64,000 nt of DNA from Syntrophales bacterium (lineage in GTDB: Bacteria; Desulfobacterota; Syntrophia; Syntrophales; UBA4778), in contig CAXXQE010000001.1 in assembly GCA_963665615.2 (NCBI GenBank), positions 513,151-577,150 of the forward strand, in the 5' to 3' direction. Of the stretch, positions 57,383 to 64,000 are shown one piece after another. Both the position numbers and the translations under genes were made by a program. The notes beneath the pieces were generated by a model. That model saw nothing but the letters and a program-made list of their open reading frames with translations, was not told where the DNA came from and did not search any database. Position 1 is the first letter of the stretch. Every line of letters starts with the position of its first letter.

Positions 57383-58048
57383 ATGACAAATAACCGCCCT
57401 TTAAGCATTACCCTGATAAGTTTGTATTTAATTTTCAGTAATATTATCCAGGTTTTTCTATTAATGGCTCTGCATAATAATGGTAATACAACATCTTTTC
57501 AGTTAATATTTGGATTATTAAATGCAGTTCTTTTTGCCGCTTGCGGTTTCTTAATTCTGATTAGACAGTCATGGGCACGTATTTTATATATTGTATTATT
57601 TGGAATTAATGTAATTTATCAAGTATCAATTATGGGGGCAAATGGCTTCGATAGTCTTATCATTCAACTACCTATATTCATTGTTATTATTTACTTCCTT
57701 TTTAATGGTAAAGCATCTCAGTATTTTTCGGACGGGACCAACGACTCCCAAGCACTCAACATAGATGTAGAGCAATTGAGTTTACGGCTTAAATTAAAAT
57801 CTCAACTGGCAATAGGAATTTTCTTAATTGTTTATGTTGCATTTGAACAATTGAAACCTCAAAGGGGACTATCAGTATTTGGATATGACAGCGGGGTAAG
57901 TAGAGCATTCAATGATGTAGGTATACCTTGGTCGATTGCTTCCTTTATCGGGCAATACGCTACAATCGCTCTTTTCGTTACTGGATGTATATTGATAGTA
58001 GTAGCAAGCAAGAAGCTCAAGCTCATTAAGAAATCCGTTGAGATGTGA
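57383..58048 (+). CDS. Cassette B4: multi-TM membrane protein
   Basis: RBS GGAGG; about 6 TM segments; very AT-rich. Confidence 0.75.
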   Translation: MTNNRPLSITLISLYLIFSNIIQVFLLMALHNNGNTTSFQLIFGLLNAVLFAACGFLILIRQSWARILYIVLFGINVIYQVSIMGANGFDSLIIQLPIFIVIIYFLFNGKASQYFSDGTNDSQALNIDVEQLSLRLKLKSQLAIGIFLIVYVAFEQLKPQRGLSVFGYDSGVSRAFNDVGIPWSIASFIGQYATIALFVTGCILIVVASKKLKLIKKSVEM

Positions 58049-58107
58049 TGATGGCTTTTGGGTAAGATTTAATGGGAAAAATGCCATAGTCGCTATCATC
58101 ACATGCG

Positions 58108-58200
58108 GCCCAACCATCGGCTGCACCGGACTGCCAGAGTTGCGCTTCCGTCGTAACTTGCCTGCTAAACTTGGCCCTGGCAGTTGATGATCCGTTAGGC
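58108..58200 (+). other. attC site (imperfect right arm)
   Basis: GCCCAAC...actgccag/ctggcagt...GTTAGGC. Confidence 0.7.
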
Positions 58201-58217
58201 AGGATGAGGAGAAAAAT

Positions 58218-58670
58218 TTGAGTAACGAGATTGCAGAAATAATTCAAGAGATGGTCAACCTCGAAACCAAAGGTTGGGATACGAAGAATCCAGATCTCTT
58301 CCTGTCCATGATCCACCCTGATATGGCTTGGCCATTCCCGCCAACTGCCTATGCCCATGATCCTATCGACTGGGTTTTCGTCATGGGGAGATTTGATAGA
58401 GAAAGGTGGAGAAAAAGCTGGCAAAACCTCTTTGATACGCATGAACTGATTCGCAATCGCCGTAATACCGTGAAGATCGAAATCTCCCAAGAGCAAGATG
58501 CAGCTTTCGCTGTAGTTGACATAGATACTCTTTGGCGGCATAAAGTTACGAACGAGGAGTCTCATTGGAAGGGCCGAGTCTGTAAGATATACACGAAGCT
58601 ATCAACTGGCGAGTGGAAATTCTATTACCAAACAGGGGCACTCAATTTCCCGCCGAAGGGGTACGCCTAA
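58218..58670 (+). CDS. Cassette B5: SnoaL/NTF2-like protein
   Basis: GWDTKNPDLFLSMIHPD, AFAVVDID, WKF; TTG start after GAGGAG. Confidence 0.75.
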   Translation: MSNEIAEIIQEMVNLETKGWDTKNPDLFLSMIHPDMAWPFPPTAYAHDPIDWVFVMGRFDRERWRKSWQNLFDTHELIRNRRNTVKIEISQEQDAAFAVVDIDTLWRHKVTNEESHWKGRVCKIYTKLSTGEWKFYYQTGALNFPPKGYA

Positions 58671-58720
58671 CCACAGCATCCGGCGGATGCGGCCTGCACC
58701 GCTGATGCTGGCCGTTATAA
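58665..58720 (+). other. attC site
   Basis: GCCTAAC...cagcatc.gcgg/ccgc.gatgctg...GTTATAA. Confidence 0.85.
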
Positions 58721-58742
58721 GCCAAATTAAAGGCTGGAGCAG

Positions 58743-58950
58743 ATGAAAAAAATAATTCAAGTGAAGGCGAGGAAAAAATATTTTTTCACCTCAATATCCT
58801 GGTGCTTGCACTTACCCATGTCATATTGATTCAAAACATGTCGTTCATCCGGTTCCATGTTGCGAACCGTGTCCATATTGTAAAAAGATGATTGCAAGAG
58901 GTCTCTTATATAAACACGAGCCCTGTTGCGATCAGAAACCTGTAAAATAA
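58743..58950 (+). pseudogene. Cassette B6: frameshifted small Cys-rich protein
   Basis: Frame from 58786 reads SPQYPGACTYPCHID...PCCEPCPYCKK...PCCDQKPVK* just before attC; ATG 58743 is in another frame across A/T runs. Confidence 0.45.
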
Positions 58951-58957
58951 ATTTGGC

Positions 58958-59019
58958 TTATAACATGCGTGTGCAAGGGACACGAAAAAGTCGCGTGCCC
59001 CTGAGACGCGGCGTTATAA
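58958..59019 (+). other. attC site
   Basis: TTATAAC...gcgt..gggacacg/cgtgcccc..acgc...GTTATAA. Confidence 0.85.
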
Positions 59020-59032
59020 GAAAAGAACAAAC

Positions 59033-59749
59033 ATGAACAGAGCAATCATCATTGGGGCCAGTTCCGGGATAGGACGCGAATTGGCAAAAATATTGTCAAG
59101 GAACCAATACGTTGTTGGCGTCATGGCAAGGCGAGTTCAGCTATTGGATGAACTGGCTAAAGAAGTTGGTGGGACAATATTTGTTCAGAAAATCGATGTC
59201 GCGGACATCGAATCGGCAATGGAGACTTTAGAGAAGTTCATAAAGGAAATGGGCGGCGTTGATCTTGTCGTGGTTAGCGCCGGGATAGGAGAGATCAACA
59301 ATAGCCTCAATTGGCACTTCGAAAACGAGGCCATCAAGACGAATGTCACTGGTTTTGCCGCGCTTGTTAATGTTGCCATGCATCATTTCATGGAGAGAGG
59401 CTCCGGGCATCTTGTAGGTATCTCTTCGATAGCAGCATTAAGTGGTGGCAGGGAATCTCCGGCATATAACGCGTCGAAAGCGTTTGAGTCCAATTATCTG
59501 GAGGGGCTTCGGCAGAAGGTTAGGAACTCCGGACTACCAATTACAATCACCGACATTAAGCCGGGATTTGTTAATACCGCAATGGCCAAAGGGGACGGCA
59601 TCTTCTGGGCCGCTGAGCCGGGAAAGGCTGCTAAACAGATATACCGCGCCATTAAACGAAGAAAACGTGGTGCCTATGTTACACGGCGTTGGGTGCTGAT
59701 AGCTTGGTTAATTAAGTTGTTGCCTGGCTTCATTCATGAAAGGCTGTAA
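59033..59749 (+). CDS. Cassette B7: short-chain dehydrogenase/reductase
   Basis: GASSGIG, SSIA, YNASK, PGFVNT. Confidence 0.92.
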   Translation: MNRAIIIGASSGIGRELAKILSRNQYVVGVMARRVQLLDELAKEVGGTIFVQKIDVADIESAMETLEKFIKEMGGVDLVVVSAGIGEINNSLNWHFENEAIKTNVTGFAALVNVAMHHFMERGSGHLVGISSIAALSGGRESPAYNASKAFESNYLEGLRQKVRNSGLPITITDIKPGFVNTAMAKGDGIFWAAEPGKAAKQIYRAIKRRKRGAYVTRRWVLIAWLIKLLPGFIHERL

Positions 59750-59752
59750 TTC

Positions 59753-59820
59753 TTATAACTAATGCATGAACCTGATCGGCGAGGAAAGGCGCTCGCCTCC
59801 CGGTTATGCTGTCGTTGGCG
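59753..59820 (+). other. attC site
   Basis: TTATAAC...gcat.aacc..ggcgag/ctcgcc..ggttatgc...GTTGGCG. Confidence 0.85.
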
Positions 59821-59972
59821 CGGACGCTTCACGCCGGGCCAACGGGGCCACGTCTTGCCATTCACCGATTGCCCGGCGCTACGCACCTGGCCAACCAGAG
59901 AACGCAGCGGTCGCCCGGTCCCGCGAGAAAGCTCGCGCTCCCGTTCGCCGCTGATACGCGGCCCCGTTATGA
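59814..59972 (+). mobile_element. Cassette B8: gene-less cassette with attC (GGCCAAC 59889 ... GTTATGA 59972)
   Basis: Near-identical to 37405-37563. Confidence 0.8.
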
Positions 59973-60481
59973 AAATGAAAAGTAAATTCTTAATTTGGAT
60001 GATTGCTGCTGTTACTGCTGGGGCAGCACTTTACATTGGCTTACCAATTAATTGCACCCTCTGGTGGCAGCAACTGCAATTATGGATTCAGGATTATCCA
60101 TTTTGGCTAATTTCGGTTGCGATTATTTCAAGTTTGATTCCTATTTTTAAGCTGGTTGCAGCATACGGCTTATATAAACTCCGGAATTGGGGACGAATGC
60201 TTGCTATCTATACACTGTCCACTGATTTTCTCATTCGCTTAGCCGGGTTTATTAATCAGATAACATATTACTGGCGTCATCCTGAGATGGTTCAACGCGA
60301 TAAAGAATTATTAGCATCTGCTTTGGCAAACAAAAAAATGGCGGTAATTCACATAAACCTTATTCCGGGATACATCATTGCCATATCGAGTTTAATCTGC
60401 GTAATCCTCTTATTTCTTCGGCCGGTAAAAGAAGTTTTCAGAACAGCTGAAGATGTTTCAAGGAGAACAGAAATTTCATAA
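59969..60481 (+). CDS. Cassette B9: membrane protein
   Basis: ATG inside the GTTATGA core (or at 59975); about 4 TM segments; stop inside TCATAAC. Confidence 0.75.
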   Translation: MKMKSKFLIWMIAAVTAGAALYIGLPINCTLWWQQLQLWIQDYPFWLISVAIISSLIPIFKLVAAYGLYKLRNWGRMLAIYTLSTDFLIRLAGFINQITYYWRHPEMVQRDKELLASALANKKMAVIHINLIPGYIIAISSLICVILLFLRPVKEVFRTAEDVSRRTEIS

Positions 60482-60533
60482 CAAGATCAATCCAGCCGAT
60501 CGCGTACCGCTCCCGCTGAAGCCCCCGTTATGC
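60476..60533 (+). other. attC site
   Basis: TCATAAC...cagc/gctg...GTTATGC. Confidence 0.7.
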
Positions 60534-60602
60534 AATAGAGTAATATAGCCATACATAATCCCATATCATTATATTGCAATTTAAGACCAGGGCGAGTATA
60601 TT

Positions 60603-60896
60603 ATGTTTGTGGGGAAAACGAAATTTGAATGGGATGAGGAAAAGAACAAGCAGAATCAACTAAAACACGGGATTCCGTTCGCCCTGGCTCAACAGGCTTT
60701 TCTTGATCCCTGTCGTGTTATTGCAGAAGATACCACACATAGTTCCGAAGAAGATCGTTACTACTGTATAGGCCGTGTCGGTGCAGGAATTATGACCGTC
60801 AGATTTACCTATCGCGGAAACATCATCCGCATTTATGGCGCGGGTTACTGGAGAAAAGGAAGGACAATTTATGAAAACGAAAATAAAGTATTCTGA
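60603..60896 (+). CDS. brnT: Cassette B10: BrnT family toxin (probable leaderless start at GTG 60609)
   Basis: FEWDEEKNKQNQLKHGIPF, EDRY, FTYRGNIIRI; TTGCAA-17-TATATT at 60574-60602. Confidence 0.9.
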   Translation: MFVGKTKFEWDEEKNKQNQLKHGIPFALAQQAFLDPCRVIAEDTTHSSEEDRYYCIGRVGAGIMTVRFTYRGNIIRIYGAGYWRKGRTIYENENKVF

Positions 60897-61110
60897 AGAA
60901 CCAATGGGAAAATTGAAAGTCATCAAAGACTTTTTGCCCCCGCCGGACCAGTTAGTCTTGAAGGAAGAGAATCTTAAAGTTACCATCTCTCTGAAAAAAT
61001 CAAGTATCGATTTCTTTAAGACCCAGGCTAAGAAGCATAAAACATCCTATCAGAAAATGATCAGGGAGGTTGTAGACTGGTATGCTTCTCATTACAAAAA
61101 AACGGCATAA
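60871..61110 (+). CDS. brnA: BrnA/CopG-like antitoxin
   Basis: DFLPPP, KVTISL....IDFFK, YQKMIR; stop within inverse core GCATAAC. Confidence 0.8.
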   Translation: MKTKIKYSEEPMGKLKVIKDFLPPPDQLVLKEENLKVTISLKKSSIDFFKTQAKKHKTSYQKMIREVVDWYASHYKKTA

Positions 61111-61131
61111 CAAATAGCCCCCCGGGGGCCC

Positions 61132-63708
61132 TCACTCCGAGAGCTTCACGAACAAATCCTCTTTTAATTTATCGAGCCTGGTCGGGTCTGTGATTTTCAA
61201 ACCATCCGCATCGCTTACGTAGAAAACGTCGACTGCCAGATCGGCTCGTGTCGAAAGGCGGGCGGTGACAATGTTGACGCGATGGGCGGTCAGGCACCGC
61301 ACGATCCGGTGCAGCAGGCCGAAGTTGTCAGCCGCGTCGATCTCAATGATGGTCCATGCGGCGGAATCGATGTTGTTTATCCGGATATGCAGGGGTTGTT
61401 TGGCCGTGCGGCGAAGCGGGGCCGGGGGGTAGCGCCGGATGCGCTCCGCAACGAGTTCATCCGCCGTTTTTTCACGCGCCTCGATGGCACGCCACTTTTT
61501 TTCGACGTTCCTTATTTTCTCTTCTGCCGCCAGAACAGGACGGTCCGATGGCTCCAGATAAAAGATGTCCAGAACATGATCGTCGATGGTTGAGTAGATC
61601 CGGGCATTGAGAATATTGTATCCCTCGGAGGTCAGGCAGCCGATCAGATCGCAGAGAAAGCCCGGCCGATCGACGGCGCAAACAGTGAGCCGCTCGAAGC
61701 CGGGAAAGGGATCGAGGTGCAGATGCAGCGGCGACGCACCTTCTGAATGGTCCATTTCCGCCAGCCACCGGCGATGAAGGGAACGGTCTTCCGGCAGCGT
61801 TTCCGTTAGATACGACGGGTCCAGCACCGGCAGATTTTCCTCTGTGGCTTCCCTTGGCTGTTTGGCATATGGGTGTTCGATCAGATACAGCAGCCGGTCA
61901 TAGAGCTGCTCCAACTGAAATCCCTTCCAGTCTGTCCAGGTCCGGGGGCCGACGCTGCGAATATCGGCGATCGTCAGGAGATAGAGCAGATCGAGCGTTT
62001 CGCGATTTCCAATCGATGCGGCAAACTGTCGCAGCGCCGTTTCCTCCGGTTCCCGCATGAAGGATAGCCTCGACAGATCCAGGTGATGATATACCAGATA
62101 CCTGATCTTCTCGATTTCGGCGTCGTTGAAGCCCAAGCGTTCGCAGATCGTTTCGACCATGCCGGCGCCTGTCTGTGAATGTTCTCCGGGTTGACCCTTG
62201 CCGATATCGTGCAAGAGCAGGGCCGTTCTGAGGATCAGGGGATGCTCCAGGGCGCGGCGGTTGGCGCGTATGGTGGGGTTCGGATCCTGTGTCAGTTCGT
62301 CAGTGTGCTTGACGGCCAGCAGGATATGCTGATCGATCGTAAACTCGTGGTAAGAGTCATATTCTACCTTGCACGTCAGGGCCTGGAACGGTGAAATCAG
62401 TTTTTCGAGGATGCCCGTTTCGTGCATCATTTGAAGGATGGCGCCGACGGGCTCCTGCCAGGCCAGCATCTCGCGAAAGATTTGCCCTGTCTCGGGAAGC
62501 GCGAAGTCGTGCGGCGTCAGGCCGGTGGACAGACGTTGAATACGGTTGCGCAGCTCGACGCTCAACGTGGCTTTGTGCCTCAGGGCGCTCTGGAAGAGCT
62601 TCATAACCCAGAGGGGCTCGGCGCCTTGTTCTATTTTTTTGTGCGTGCTGAAGACAATGCCGTCCAGAACGGTGAGGCCAGTGGCAATCGGGTAGGCGCT
62701 GATACGCCGCCGGACGCTGCGCCAGATATTTTTACCTGCCAGGTCTTTTTCGAGGAAAGACAGAATGTGAAGCCGGATATCGCTGACCGTCCGGAAAAAC
62801 TGCTCCATCAGGCGGCCGGCGCCATCAGGGCCGAAACCATACTGCTCGGCAATGCCCGGCTGCAGGTCGATCTCCAGGATGTCCATCCGGCGTTTACACA
62901 GCAGGTGTAACTCGATCCGCAATGCGGTGAGAAAGGCATAGTCGGCTGCGAGGGAATGCAGATGCGGCGGGGCAATCTGAGCGAGGCGATGGAGGCCGTG
63001 AGCGCGAAAATCTCCTTTTCTGACCCGCTCCGCCCAAACCAGCCGCTGGCAGTCACGCAGGGTGCAGATGCCGTTTTTGAGATCTGGCTCCACGCGAAAG
63101 AGGGTGTTGGCTGAAGAGAAGATCCCGTCTCTCAGGATCTCGCACATGCCGGCGATATATGCTGTTCTCTTCTTAAGAAAATACGGAACGATCAGCTCGA
63201 ACCGGAGCCGTTCAAAGAGGGTGCGGTTGCCGGCAATATAGGTGCATTCCAGCAGGGCCGTATCCGTGGCCATGTCCTGTCCCAGGATAGCGGCACATTG
63301 TTCGAGGGTGCGTACGACGCAGCCCATCGTCAGCCCTGTATCCCAGAATTTTCTGACGGCCGCGGCGATCTGTTCCATGTCCTGGCCTGCGTCGTGAAGA
63401 ACCAGAATGTCGATGTCGGAGTATGGACAGAGTTCCCTTCGCCCGTAGCCTCCCAGGGCGATCAGGCAGGCGTGCTCCCGCCCGAGGTTCTCGTCGTAAA
63501 AGATGGCGCTCAGCAACTCGTCAATCCAGCGGCTGTATGCGTGCAGGACGGCAAGCGGGTCTGTCCGCCTTTCGGCTGCGGCAAAGATGCTGTCGCGCTG
63601 TTCCAGGATGGTCGCTTTCCGGGTCGCGGCTGGCGGTGGCCTGCGGGATGTCGCTTTGTCTGGCATGGTCGGATAGATTGTGCGGTTTCCTGATCTCTTT
63701 TCACTCAT
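61132..63708 (-). CDS. glnD: [Protein-PII] uridylyltransferase / uridylyl-removing enzyme (start may be 63667)
   Basis: GGYGRRELCPYSDID, EPDLKNG, HD domain (DQH...LHDIGK), two ACT domains. Confidence 0.95.
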   Translation of the reverse strand: MSEKRSGNRTIYPTMPDKATSRRPPPAATRKATILEQRDSIFAAAERRTDPLAVLHAYSRWIDELLSAIFYDENLGREHACLIALGGYGRRELCPYSDIDILVLHDAGQDMEQIAAAVRKFWDTGLTMGCVVRTLEQCAAILGQDMATDTALLECTYIAGNRTLFERLRFELIVPYFLKKRTAYIAGMCEILRDGIFSSANTLFRVEPDLKNGICTLRDCQRLVWAERVRKGDFRAHGLHRLAQIAPPHLHSLAADYAFLTALRIELHLLCKRRMDILEIDLQPGIAEQYGFGPDGAGRLMEQFFRTVSDIRLHILSFLEKDLAGKNIWRSVRRRISAYPIATGLTVLDGIVFSTHKKIEQGAEPLWVMKLFQSALRHKATLSVELRNRIQRLSTGLTPHDFALPETGQIFREMLAWQEPVGAILQMMHETGILEKLISPFQALTCKVEYDSYHEFTIDQHILLAVKHTDELTQDPNPTIRANRRALEHPLILRTALLLHDIGKGQPGEHSQTGAGMVETICERLGFNDAEIEKIRYLVYHHLDLSRLSFMREPEETALRQFAASIGNRETLDLLYLLTIADIRSVGPRTWTDWKGFQLEQLYDRLLYLIEHPYAKQPREATEENLPVLDPSYLTETLPEDRSLHRRWLAEMDHSEGASPLHLHLDPFPGFERLTVCAVDRPGFLCDLIGCLTSEGYNILNARIYSTIDDHVLDIFYLEPSDRPVLAAEEKIRNVEKKWRAIEAREKTADELVAERIRRYPPAPLRRTAKQPLHIRINNIDSAAWTIIEIDAADNFGLLHRIVRCLTAHRVNIVTARLSTRADLAVDVFYVSDADGLKITDPTRLDKLKEDLFVKLSE

Positions 63709-63743
63709 TCATAGAGATCAGGAAACCGCTTTGGGGGATTTTG

Positions 63744-64000
63744 TTAAAGGGCTTCAGAGCCTCTTTCGCGCGTCCGGATCCGCATCACGTCTTCAAGCGG
63801 CAGCACGAAGATCTTGCCGTCTCCGATCTTGCCCTCCGGTCCCGATCTGGCCGCATCGGCGATGGCCTGAATGGTCTGCTCGACAAATTCGTCATCGACG
63901 GCGATCTCGAGTTTGACCTTGCGGATGAAGTTGATTTGATATTCATGACCACGATAGGTCTCCGTGTGACCCTTCTGGCGTCCGACGCCCTGAACATCCG
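63744..64000 (-). CDS. glnB: P-II family nitrogen regulator, 5'-truncated by window edge (missing from ORF track)
   Basis: Minus frame DVQGVGRQKGHTETYRGHEYQINFIRKVKLEIAV...GKIGDGKIF...RIRTRERGSEAL*. Confidence 0.92.
   Translation of the reverse strand, partial: DVQGVGRQKGHTETYRGHEYQINFIRKVKLEIAVDDEFVEQTIQAIADAARSGPEGKIGDGKIFVLPLEDVMRIRTRERGSEAL

Noticed and set aside
59762..59968. N-terminal extension of ORF 59762-60481 (likewise 56356-56451 and ORF 37365-37565)
   Set aside because: These translate attC or gene-less cassette DNA; the real starts are at 59969/59975 and 56452.
55938..61111. CRISPR array interpretation of the recurring palindromes
   Set aside because: The repeats are non-identical, 39-109 bp long and separated by whole genes with RYYYAAC/GTTRRRY-type cores; this is attC anatomy, and no cas genes are present.

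Overview
A 64 kb chromosomal window, probably from an anaerobic deltaproteobacterium (Syntrophales-like; inferred from gene content and order). The housekeeping backbone comprises the aroF-aroB-pheA-aroD-aroE-aroA-aroK-aroC operon, efp-epmA, tRNA-Thr, rpsF-rpsR-yybS-rplI-dnaB, desulfoferrodoxin, rpoH/clpB, ispE-tRNA-Gln-prs-rplY-pth, amtB-glnK and glnD-glnB. Five accessory items stand out. (1) Two separate integron cassette arrays (about 37.2-38.7 kb with 3 cassettes, and 55.7-61.1 kb with 10 cassettes) have no intact integrase in the window. They share a ~170 bp attI-like block and a ~92% identical gene-less cassette, and the larger one is preceded by a relic of an intI 3' end pointing toward the cassettes. 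(2) An operon downstream of a LuxR/MalT-type regulator encodes ExbB, two ExbD and a TonB-like anchor fused to a vWA domain, plus TPR, MORN and lipoprotein partners, but no TonB-dependent receptor. (3) A Phe/Tyr/Trp-rich leader peptide attenuator with two tandem related terminators sits in front of the whole shikimate operon. (4) A strongly degenerate membrane-pyrophosphatase-like gene follows pth. (5) There are rhombosortase and PEP-CTERM sorting genes and several families of intergenic repeats and MITEs. All family calls come from motif recognition by eye; no searches were run.
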